A stretch of DNA of 64,000 bases from Mobula hypostoma. Its lineage: Eukaryota. Location of the stretch: positions 49,354,001 through 49,418,000 of the forward strand of contig NC_086097.1 in assembly GCF_963921235.1 (NCBI RefSeq), read 5' to 3'. Below are positions 40,631 to 51,833 of this stretch, in pieces. Position numbers and translations under genes: made by a program. Position 1 is the first letter of the stretch. The number at the start of each line of letters is the position of its first letter. The notes under the pieces are model-generated. The model was not told the origin of the DNA. It saw only the letters and a list, made by a program, of their open reading frames with translations, and ran no database searches.

Positions 40631-41054
40631 AGGCCGATGCGAGTTCCTCGTCTTGAGCGTAGAAGCAACTCCACATGACACGTTGTCATCATGTGGAGTG
40701 CCATTGTGGATTATCTTTATAATATGACCTCCCATGTGTAGTCACCATTAAAGCATTCCATCACGGCACAGGACCCATGTTACCTTCCCTTCTTCGCTAC
40801 ATCATTTTACTGCTCATTTGCACGAGAACTATGAACACAAGGGCCAAACGAAAATCATCATGCCAAGCAATGTTATGCAGAAAATCAATACAAAATCACC
40901 ATCGCACTCAGGCATTCCCTTGGCATCCAAAATCATCCCTGCTCAAATGCACAGTCACTACAGCTGCTGGTGGGGAGTGGCTGAGTGCTGTGGGAAGAAC
41001 TACCATGAGCTGGAACCTGATGGCCTGGGCTTCATACTCCTCTGTTTCACCATT

Positions 41055-41668
41055 AGACCATAACACATTGGAGCAGATTTAGGCCATTTGGCTCATTGAG
41101 TCTGCTCCCCCATTCCATCATGGATGTAATGCTGAGGCTTCATAAGGCCTCGCTTGGGGCACTATTACCTAAGAAAGGACACTGGAGAGGATTCAGATTT
41201 GGTTCACAAGAATGATTCTGGGAATAAAGTTACCATATGAGGACTAATTGATGGCTCTGGGCTTGTACTTGCTGGAATTCAAAAGAATGAGGGGGGATCT
41301 CAGTAAAACCTATTAAATGCTGAAAGGCCATGATAGAATGGATGTGTAAAGGATGTTTCCTATGGTGATGGAGTCTAGGACTAGAGGGCACAGCCTCAGA
41401 ATAGACGAGGAGGGATTTCTTTAGCCAGAGAGTGGTATATCTGTATAATCATTACCACAGGTGGCTGTGAAGGCTGTCATTAGGTATATTTAAGGCAGAG
41501 GTTGATAGATTCTTGATTAGTCAGGGCATGAAGGGTTATGGGAAGAAGACAGGAGATTGGGGTTGAGAGAGAAGTGGATCAGCCATGATGAAATGGCAGA
41601 GTGGACTTAATTCTGAGGCTCTATTCCCTCTATTCTGAGGCTGTGCCCTCCGGTCCTAGACTCCATCA
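41055..41668. mobile_element. CR1 3' fragment with internal inversion
   Basis: Minus-strand 3' terminus (41055 to about 41122), plus-strand body (about 41123-41610, LGLYLLEFKRMRGDL), and a minus-strand piece (about 41628-41668) complementary to 41367-41405. Confidence 0.8.
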
Positions 41669-44479
41669 AAGAATATCCAAGTCCTTCAGCGTGGCACTAA
41701 TGCACCGTTCAAGGCTGTTGAAGGAGAGTACCCCAACAGAATAGCAGGTAATCACTGACCATATTTTCTGCATTTCCCTGGTTAATTGAGTGAGACTTTC
41801 ACTGTCATAAGCAACTTCAAAACCAAGGCCTTTCTCATTAGCAATGAGATTTCAAACTTCAGCAGAAACTTGGTAGGTTATCAAGGGGACCCAACATCGA
41901 TGGCACCAGTGAATTTTCTACAGCGAGTATAATTCAGTGGGATTCCTAATTGTGGCTTGAAGCCCACAATGGGGAGAGCAGAACTTGACCATGTCAGCCT
42001 TTGGACAGCTGCAGCAAAGGAGCAGAAAGCTGAACTCCACTGTGAAAATGCAGAGGGCAAGCTTCATTGAAGCAGTGATTCTTTCTCAGTCAGGGAGTGA
42101 AGTCACTCACCAGTTGTAATCCTAGGATAGGACAGGGTGTGTGCGGGGTTGCATTTGTAATTTCCATGTATTCCACCCACTGTTATGATGCTAGATATCA
42201 GTTACATACAAGTGTGCCGTACATCCAGTGTTGCCATGTGGTGCAAACTGAAGTCTACGTTGGCAATGGCAGCAACAGACACAATGGCCAAAGTGGCCAC
42301 TGGTACGAAGCCAGCAGAATAGGCAGATCTCCATGTTAGGGAGGGAGGAAATGGCATGTCAAAGATTGAAAAGGATTTTGTCAGCATTTGAATGAGCCCA
42401 ATGACTGCAGATCATTCATAGAGTCATTGTGCCATTCAGCACAGAAACATTTTCTTCTTCATCCTGTCCTTGCCTCTATCAAGTGTCCGTCAACACTTAT
42501 CCTATTTGCTAGCACTGAGTCTGCTTCCTTCCATGCCTTGGTAATTCATGTGCACATCTCAATTCTTCTCAAACATTGAAAGTGTCCTTTCCACCACCAC
42601 CATCCTTAAATATCATGTAATATCTTTACACCACAAAACTTTTATAACAGATCTGATGTGAGCTTATCTCCTTCCTTTCCCAAGTTGCCTTGGCTTTTAT
42701 CAATTTCTTCAGATCTTATCACGGTTCTTCATCTTGGGAGAGTTGAGCAATGGGGAAGAGGCAAACAGAGAGAGGATAGAGAGAGTCAAGATTGGGTGGA
42801 AACAGGAGAGACAGGAGAAATAGAGAAGGAGAGGGAGAGAGTGAATTTTGTCAATCTCAATTGTATATCATCAATTCAAACATCCTAAGGGATACCAGGA
42901 GTTCTATAAAAATAGCTTATGTATCTCAGCCTCTCCCTTCCAGTAAGATTCCTTTCATTATATCTTCTATGGCTTCATTGGGAGCAGGGACCAGTCTATT
43001 CCTGCTCTCAATTTTAACAATAATGTCTGCCCTAAAATAATATCTCCATCTCTTGTACATAAGTACAGTGGTCTAAGCAAATTCCAAGGCTCCTGGCATA
43101 GCCAGACTTGACTGTGCTAGTATCTTGTTTTAGCAATTACAACATTTAATTTGACAATCTCAAAATCTAGTCTGTAATTTATCTTGCGTCCAGCCCCATT
43201 CTTCTAGCTTCCACAATGAAATTACTGCGACTCTCCTTTCTTTGACTTTATTACCTCCACTGCATCGGGCAATTTTAATACATTTCAATTCTTTCATGTT
43301 GCCAATGTGGAATATATTATCCTGTGAGTTCTTAAATACAGAGCATGCAAAAGTACATAGTAAACACTGGATTCTCTAAAAGGTACGTTGGATTTATTGA
43401 GAATGAACACAACATGTCCGGACTGCAAATTCTCGATAAAGAATGCCTTGCTCACAGAAAGAATTCAACACAGAACTGGTTAGGTTTGGTAGGTACATGA
43501 TATGATACACGTTAGCATGATTTCACAGCCACCATTCATTACCCACGATTTTAAATCTAGATTTAGAAATTCTTCTTAAATTCACATAAAACCTGGCACA
43601 GATGCACCTTTCAACAGAAGTATTTTTCTTTTAACATCAACGTTGTAAGCAGTGCTCACATGAGTACATGTTCCTCACATTTTTAAAAACTATCTAGCCA
43701 CCCATAAAGCATGTACTTTTTAAAAAATCTCTTTGTTCTCTAATCTGAGGAAGGAAATAATTTCCTTTGCCAAATGGGGATCTTTTCTCCCTTGTTTCAA
43801 ATAAAAAGTTGTTGTGTTAAAAGAAAAATACTATCAAAAATTCTCTTGACGTGACGTGAATGACAAGTATAGGTATTAAAGTATACTTTCAACTAGCGTA
43901 AAAGAATACAACCTGCATTAGAGGGAGACTAAGAGCTTTAGCTGAGAGCTAAACCTCACTTATTAACTCCTGAGTCGTACCTCAATAAGAAGAGCTGAAT
44001 TTCTTCTGGATGTTCACTAACCTCTCACCCTAGCATTGATAGAAGTCCATTGGCAACTCCCCTCTCCAAAAAAAGTAAGAGTGTTTTTAAATAAACCCTT
44101 CTCCCATGGTGAAACATGGCACTAAATGGCTGCAACATGTAAATGAGTTACTTTCTCACTGGACCATGGGCATTCAGCCTCAGAGGACAGCAGCAGTTGT
44201 CATGACCACCTGTTTGAGGGGATAATTCTTCTTCTCTGGTCAGTAATTTATGAATTTAATGTACAGAGGTCAGTGAAAAAGGACAGTAAGGACCAAAGTA
44301 CAAGATTCATTGCAATATGTATACCTCTTTTTGGCTAGTTTCAGAGTCTCACTGGCCCGAGAAAACCCTGCTCATAGCAAAATCAGATTGTACACTCGAG
44401 GACCATCCAAGCACTTGTTTTCATGAGCAATATGCAGTAGATGCTGAACTGCTTGTTAAATATCTTGGAGTGGTTCTTG

Positions 44480-47400
44480 TCCTATAAACTAAATGTATTT
44501 CAATGCATGAGGGTTAACAGGTAAAGCAGATGAAGTCAGAGCATAGATTGGCTCTGGGGACAAGGATGTTTTATCCATAACAGAAATATTGCTAAGGAAA
44601 GGACAGGGCTGGCAGCTTAATGTTTTAGGATACAGATGCTAAAAGTGTGATTGAGGTACATTTAAGTGAGGAGGTAGTGTTGCCTTTATGATAAGGGAGG
44701 ACGTACAGAAATGCTGTAGAGATGACATCGTTGGAGGATCATCCAGTGAGGGCATATAGGATGTAGTTAGGAACAAGAAGGTGAGGGTCACTCTAGTGAG
44801 GCTGAACGATAAATTCCTACCGATAGTCAGTGGGAACCGACTATTGTGTAGGGAAATTACTCACAGTTGCAAGAAAAATAGGGTTGTATAAATAGGAGTT
44901 TGTAATTTCCCCGAGAGTGCAAAGGCCCTGGACAGGGTGGAATTTGTAAAATGTGTCCAGGAAAGTTTCCTGAGGCAATATACAGAGGGATGCAACACCA
45001 TACTGAGTCTTAGGGAACAATGCAGGGCAAATAACAGAGGTGGCAGCTCATGACCATAATTCTAATAGTTTTAAGATAGTGATAGAAAAAGTTAGGACAG
45101 GTTTGCAGGTTAGGGTTCAAAGCTGATGGAGGATAATTGAGAGAATTAGGCAGGATCAGGAAGAGGTCAATTGGGAGAGATTGTTTGAAGGGAAAGGAGG
45201 AATTTGAGAGTGTGTTATCAAGAGACGCAGGGCAGCATATTCCGGTTAGGGTGCAAGTTTAGGGAATATTGATAGTGAGAAATATTGAACCTCCAGTCAA
45301 GATAAAGGAAGCATACTGTACATTGGGTTTAAAGGCCAGAGTGGAATTAATTCTTTGATGACTATGAAAAAAACATTAAAAATATATTCAAGAGAGAAAT
45401 CAGGAGGAAAAAAAGAGGTGAGATAGATCTGGCAGTTGAGGTTAAGGAAAATCATAAGAGATTCTATGGACATATTAAGAGTAAAAAGGTGATTGGGGAG
45501 AAAGTAGGGTCTCTAGGGCCCCTATGTCTCAGGCAGCAAGAGATGGGTGAGATTTTTAATGAATATTTCTTTTCCATATTTACTGAGGAGTAAGTCATGG
45601 TTGCTCAAGAGACAAGGGAAAAAGGTGGAGATGTTTTGGTAAACATTCATATTACCAAGGAGGAGGCATCTGCCGCATTATAGCACATTAAGGTGGATAA
45701 ATCCCCAGAGCCTGACAGAGTATATTCTTGGACTTTCTAAGAGGCTAGAGGGAAGTTGTAGAACCCTCCCTTGTGAAAACATTTCCTTCATTATTAGCCA
45801 CTAGTGACATTCCCAGAGACTGGAAAGTGGTAACTGTCATTCTGTTGTAAAAGATGTGTAGCAAGGACAAACCAGGAACTACAGACAGGCCAGCCTGACA
45901 TCAGTGGTAGATAAGATACTAGAGGGAATTTTGAGGGACAGGATCTGCCAACGTTTGTATAGGAAGACTCTAATTAAGAGTCAGCATAGCTTTGTGCAGG
46001 GGAAGCCATGTTTAGTGAAACTTTGGGGGTTTTTTTTGAAGAGGTAACTTTGGGGTTTTTTTTTGAAAAGGGAAGATGAGGGTAGAGCAGTGGTAGTCTG
46101 CTTGGACTTTAGCAAGGTTCTTGTCAAGGTCCCGCATGGCAGTCTGCTCTGGAAGGTTAGACCTCACGGAATCTATGGACAGCTAGTTAGTGGGTTCAAA
46201 ATTGGCTCAGAGGTAGGGTAGTAGCTGAAGGCTGTTTCTTAGAATGGAGACCAGTGACTACTGGTGTGCTGCAGGGATCAGTTTTGGGACCCCTGTTATA
46301 TGTTTGATAAGACTTTAAGAGATAGGAGCAGAATTAGGCTACTTGGCCCATCAAGTCTGTACCATCATTTCATCACGGCTGATCCAATTTTCCTCTCAAG
46401 CTCAATCTCCTGCCTTCTCCCCATATCCTTTCATGCCCTGACAAATTAAGATTCTTTCAACCTCTGTCTTAAATATACATAAAAACTTGGCCTCCACAGC
46501 TGCCTGTGACAAAGAATTCCACAGATTCATCACTCTCTGGCTAAAGAAATTCCTCACCTCTGTTCTGAAAGGACTCGCCTCTATTCTGAGGCTGTGACCT
46601 CTGGTCTTAAACATTCTCATCATAGGAAACATCCTTTCCACATCCACTCTATCAAGGCTTTTCACCATTCAGGTCACCCATCATCCTTCTGAATTCTAGT
46701 GAATACAGGCCCAGAACCATCAAATGCTCTTCATATGATAAGCCTAGAATCATTCTCATGAATCTCCTTTGACCCCTTTTCAGTTTTAGCACATCCTTTC
46801 TAAGATAATATGGTTAATTGGATCAGCAAATTTACAGCTGACCCCAAGATTAAGGGTGTAGTGGACATCAAGGAAGACTACAAGAGTTTGCAGCAGGATC
46901 TGGGCTGCTGGAAAAATGGCAAATGGAATTTAATGCAGACAAGCGCAAGGGTAGGTATTACACAGTGAACGGTAGGGCACTGAGGAATGCTGTAGAACAA
47001 AGGGATCTAGGAACACAGGTCCACGATTCATTGAAAGCAGCTGCACAGGCAGATCGGGTTGTAAAGAAAGCTTTTGGTACTTTGACCTTCATAAATCAAA
47101 GTACGAGTACAGAAGATGGGATGTTATGTTGATATTATATAAGACATTGGTGAGGCCTAATTTGGAGTACTGTGTGCAGTTTTGGTCACCTACCTACAGG
47201 AAAGATGCAAACAAGGTTGAAAGGGTACAAAAAAAATTACAAGGATGTTGCTGAGACTGGAAGACCTGATTATGAGGAAAGATTGAATAGATTAGGACTT
47301 TATTCCTTGGAATACAGAAGATTGAGAGGAGATTTGATAGAGGTGTACAAAATTATGAGTGGTATGGATAGGGTGAATGCAAGTAGGCTTTTTCCACTGA

Positions 47401-47692
47401 GGTTGGGTGGGACTACAGCCAGAGGTCATGGGTTAGGGGTGAAAGGTGAAAGGTTTAGGGAAACACAAGGGGAAACTTCTTCACTCAGAGTGTTGTGAGA
47501 GTGTAGAACAAGCTGCAAGTATACGTGGTGCATGCAAGCTCAATTTTGATGCTTAAGAGAAGTTTGGACAGGTACATGGATGGTAAAGGGCTATGGTCCC
47601 AGTGTTGGTTGATGGGAGTAGGTAGTTTAAATGGTTTGGCACTGACTAGATGGGCTGAAGGACCTATTTCTGTGCTATACTTTTCTATGACT
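44480..47692 (+). mobile_element. Long degraded CR1 ORF2 (endonuclease, RT and 3' end) with a nested minus-strand CR1
   Basis: Remnants AITE, KSPEPDRVY, DWKVVTV, SLTSVVDKILE, LDFSK, QGSVLGP, RPNLEYCVQFWSP and RRLRGDLIEVYKIM, then the 3' tail. Confidence 0.85.
46308..46803 (-). mobile_element. CR1 3' end nested in CR1
   Basis: ORF 46402-46668 reads LDRVDVERMFP...RGHSLRI...FFSQRVMNLWNSL. Confidence 0.85.
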
Positions 47693-47699
47693 CTACTAC

Positions 47700-48290
47700 T
47701 CACTGTCTATAATCCTATTACCTTTCCTGAACAAGGGAATAACATTTGCCATCCTCCAGTCTTCTGGTACTACTCTTCTGGCCAGTGAGGAAGCAAAGAT
47801 TATCAAAGGCACAGCAATTTCTTCCGTCATCTCCTGTAGTAACCTAGGTTCTATCCTGTCCGCCCCAGGAATTTACCTATCCTAAACATGAGAAAGTCCA
47901 CAAATGCTGAAAATCCAAAGTAACACACATAAAATTCTGGAGGAACTGCCCTATCCTCATGTTTTCAAAATTTCCAGCACATCCTCTTTCATATCATTGA
48001 CATGTTCCAGTTTATCAGCCTGCTTTGCACTGTGCTGCATTTGTCAATGTCCCTCTCACTGGTGAATGCTGAAGCTAAGTATTCATTAAGAACCTCCCAT
48101 ATCTCCTCTGACTCCAGGAACTTATTTCCTCATCCATCCCCGTTCAGTCCTTCTGTTATCCTTTTGTTCTTCATGTACATGTAAAATGCCTTGGGTTTTT
48201 CCTTAATTCTACTCACCAAGGCTTTCTCATCTTCCCTTGTAGCTCTCCCAAGCCTTTTCTTAAGATCCTTACTGGCTACCTTGTAACTCT
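47700..48290 (-). mobile_element. CR1 internal fragment with a small Penelope pseudo-LTR piece (about 47885-47947)
   Basis: Similar to 55250-55400 in the same orientation. The insert reads GCTGAAAATCCAAAGTAACACAC...CTGGAGGAACT. Confidence 0.6.
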
Positions 48291-48294
48291 AACA

Positions 48295-49462
48295 ATCTTA
48301 GAGTTTTTTAAGCAAGTTGCCAAGGCAGTGGATATTGTCTACATGGACTTTAGCAAGGCATTTTACAAGGTCCCGCATGGGGGGTTGGTCAAGAAGGTTC
48401 AGTCACTTGGCATTCAAAGTGAGGTAGTAAATTGTATTAGACATTGGCTTAGTGGGAGAAGTCAGAGAGTGGTAGTAGATGGTTGCCTCTCTGACTGGAG
48501 GCCTGTGGCTAGTGCAGTGCTGTAGGGATCAGTGCTGGATCCATTGTTCTTTGCCATCTATCTCAATGATCTGGATGATTATGTGGTTAACTAGATCAGC
48601 AAGTTTGCAGATGGCACCTAGATTGGGGTGTAGTGAACAATGAGGAAGAATATCTTGATCTGGACCGGCTAGAAAAATGGCAGATAGAATTTAATGCAGG
48701 CAAGTGTGAGGATTTGCACTTTGGTAGGACCAGATAGGGTAGGTCTTCCACAGTGAATGCTTGGGCACCGAGGAGTACTGCAGAACAAAGGGATCTGGGG
48801 ATACAGGTCCATAATTCATTGAAAATGGCATCACAGATCAAAAGGGCCATCAAGAAAGCTTTTGGCACTTTGGCATTCAAAAATCAAATTACTGGATACA
48901 GGAGTTGCTATGTTATGTTGAAGTTGCATTAGATGTTGGTGAGGCCAAATTTGGAGTATTGTGTGCAGTTTTGGTCACCTACCTACAGGAATGATGTAAA
49001 TCAGGTGAAAAGAATACAGAGAAAATTGCTGGGACTGGAGGACCTGCATTATAAGGGAAGATTGAATAGGTTAGGACTTTATTGCTTGAAGCATAGAAGA
49101 TTGAGAGGAGATTTGATGGAGGTATATAAAATGATGAGCGGTGTAAATAGGGTAAATGCAAGCAAGTTTTTACCACTGAGGTCCTATGGGACTACAACTA
49201 AGGGTGAAAGGTGAAAAGTTTAAGGGAATATGAAGGGAAACTTCTTCACTCAGAGGGTCGTTGAAAGTGTGGAAAGAGCTGCCAGTGCGAGTGGTGCATG
49301 CAAGCTCAATTTCACTGTTTAAAAGAAGTTTGGATAGGTACATGGATGGTAGGAGTATGGAGGGTTATAGTTCCGGTGCAGGTCGATGAAAGTAGACACC
49401 TTAAATAGCTCAGCACAGACTAAATGGGCCACAGGGCCTATTTCTGTGCTGTACTTCATGAC
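48295..49462 (+). mobile_element. CR1 RT region to 3' end
   Basis: Reads VDIVYMDFSKAFYKVPH, KFADGT and LVRPNLEYCVQFWSPTY. Close relative of 46810-47692. Confidence 0.9.
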
Positions 49463-51019
49463 CAACAACAGCATTAATGATCAAATAAGTAAAATGCATT
49501 TCCATAAAACAGTTGCCTGGTTTTGTATTTGCATTTATTGTGTTTTTTATTGTCATTGTATTCTTTATCTTATTATGTTTTCTTGCTGTGGCTGCAAATC
49601 TGGAATACAATGATTTCATTCTCCTTTACCCTTGTCTACAGGGAATGACAAACAATCTTGAAGATGGTGATCATTAGCATTTAGCAAGCAGAATGTGTTA
49701 AAGATTCCGTATTTCCTGCCAATGATATGTGTCCACTAATTAATATCATTTATTTTGTCGACCCTGCTAAGAAAGAAAGCTTTTGTGTCTAGCAATGTTT
49801 TTAAATACTTGTCTGCTTGTGTCTGCTGCTGCAGGGTCTGCCTAACTCTCTCATAATTAGAAATAGATCCAAATTTGATGTTTTGACTGACTTGCTTCAG
49901 TGCAAGTGACTGGCAATGTAAGTTCTATAAAAATAAAACACTCATGTACATCAACACCTACCAGATACACACACAAGTATGGAGAAACAACTCTTTAAAA
50001 TTATTTCACCACAAAATTTAATAACTGATTTCCCTCCAAAATAAGATGCTGATGTTCATGTAGTCACCAGACCTTTCATCAGGTAAAACGTATTGAATCA
50101 TATGTCTGAAAATCTTTGCCTGAAATTTTGAAGCAAAATATTAAATTGGAAAATGCATCATTTTAGAAAAGCGTAATAAAATCTTTAAAAGCTGAGTATA
50201 TGTGACAAAGTTGAAAAATTTGCCCTTACGCTGGCTGTGGATTATTTCACTGCAAAATAGTTTCTACTTCATTTGTATGATATAATTATTTTCATGTGAC
50301 TTTGCTGCATATCATTCAAATGGGTTTCTGAAAGAACAGTCACATGAATAATAGAGGCACTTACGGGTTTTTTTGCTAAAGTGCCCTTATTGCAGAAAAG
50401 AATTAGTCATGAATGTTGGCAACTGTTCTGCTGTGATTAGCAATTCAGTCTCTGAAATCTGCTGCAGAGGCACACTGCAAGGGTTCCCAGTACCTCAGTC
50501 ACAGTGGTTTCGTACAAATGTTTGTAAGGCAGCACCATCTCCATGATGAATTTCAAGCTGCCTTTGAAAGTCTGGTGACATGACAGGAATTTATTGATAT
50601 TTTAAGAGAAGATCATTTCAATCCTTTTCCAGAGAGAACGTGCAGCTCCTGGGTAAGTATTATTGTTCTGGTTTTTGAATGATAAAGAAATAACTTTCTA
50701 GAACGAGAAAAAACTTTCCAGTCACGGGGATTCAGTTAACTGTGTAGCTTGTGATGATGCGTGTTAGAGTAATTCCTCTCTCTATTCAAAACCTTAAAGA
50801 TTCAGAGAACTTTAATGTAATGAAAATATGTTTTTATTTCATGGTTTGGGCCCTAATATTAAGGATTTTAATCACTATGAATTAATTAATGTACTCCTTA
50901 CAAAGATTGCTGTTTGTCAGAAACATGACAAAATTATTAGGGCAGAGTTAATTACAGAAAATGGATATTGTTTTATGATCTATAAAAATCACATACCTCT
51001 TGAATTTCTCAACAAAAAA

Positions 51020-51088
51020 CAGTAGTCTGCAAACGTCTTAGGCACATTATAATATAGCTAGAGTGCCCAAGTCATTTGCACAGTACTG
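51020..51088. mobile_element. Tc1-type mini-MITE
   Basis: CAGTAGTCTGCAAACGTCTTAGGCAC...GTGCCCAAGTCATTTGCACAGTACTG forms an imperfect palindrome. Confidence 0.65.
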
Positions 51089-51125
51089 TGTATTATGTCT
51101 TTCCAGTTACCAAATAACACTTAAG

Positions 51126-51651
51126 CAGACATCCCACCTCTCCCAGAAGTTCCGGGAGTCTCCTGCATATTAATAGTGGCTCCCTGATGCCCGCAAGTTA
51201 TATACAATATCCCGGAAATCAATTTTTTTGAGAGAGCGTGAGAAAGAGAGAGCAACCACGAGAGAGAGAGCGCGCGAGAGAGAGCGAGAGCGTGTCATGG
51301 CAGAGTGTTCCAAAAAAAAAGAAAATATAAAACATACGTCACCCCAGACTACCCTAAAGTGTACCCCTGCCTAATAGGGGTCAAAAATAATGACAGTGTT
51401 GCTCACTGCACTGTTTGCAACAGTGTCTTTTCTATTGCCCATGTTGGGTTAAGACTGTAAAAGACATGTTGAGGGGAGTTTAACAGGTGTCATTCGTTCA
51501 TTAGCATAGTGAACGTTATTTAAACTAGCTGACTAGCTGCTAAGAAGCTACTCTATTGCAGACATCTCACCTCTCCCGGAAGTTCCGGGAGTCTCCCGCA
51601 AATTGATGATGCTACCTCCCTGAAATGAGTTTTTGCAGGGTGGGATGTCTG
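51126..51651 (+). mobile_element. Non-autonomous hAT-like DNA transposon with a zinc-finger remnant
   Basis: TIRs CAGACATCCCACC...GGTGGGATGTCTG, with CTTAAG on both flanks. Reads KYKTYVTPDYPKVYPCL...AHCTVCNSVFSIAH..DCKRHVE (BED/TTF-type finger). Confidence 0.8.
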
Positions 51652-51733
51652 CTTAAGAGTAATGAGCTAATACAAAGCTAAGTACTTTTATTTCTGCTTC
51701 CCAAACACTTTCCTATTTTAACCTATAAACAGT

Positions 51734-51833
51734 TTGTACTCTGAAAAAGTCTTAGGCACTATATTTATTTATATACCACATATATACATTACATACATAC
51801 ATATACACATCCAAGACCTTTTGCACAATACTG
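51734..51833. mobile_element. Tc1-type mini-MITE, same family as 51020-51088
   Basis: AAAAGTCTTAGGCAC...CCAAGACCTTTTGCACAATACTG followed by TA, with an AT-rich spacer. Confidence 0.6.

Larger units (their letters stand above)
39322..42411 (-). pseudogene. Decayed coding sequence unlike any TE in the window, split by Tc1, LTR and CR1 insertions; candidate endogenous viral element (possibly bornavirus-like L, 3' part)
   Basis: Manual translation gives long frames with few stops, and the frame is preserved across all three excised insertions. Terminal TAG at 39351-39353, then TAAAAAAAAA at 39322-39331. The viral identity is inference only. Confidence 0.5.

Noticed and set aside
40347..40676. 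109-aa minus-strand ORF
   Set aside because: It crosses the LTR boundary at 40630 and is mostly LTR sequence; a chance frame.
42270..42310. GHFGH motif resembling the RNA polymerase large-subunit zinc site
   Set aside because: It is in a different frame from the long fossil ORF and lacks the surrounding conserved residues.
46810..49462. Apparent segmental duplication (46810-47692 versus 48585-49462)
   Set aside because: Both are CR1 3' ends of one subfamily with independent indels, and the similarity stops at the element boundaries.
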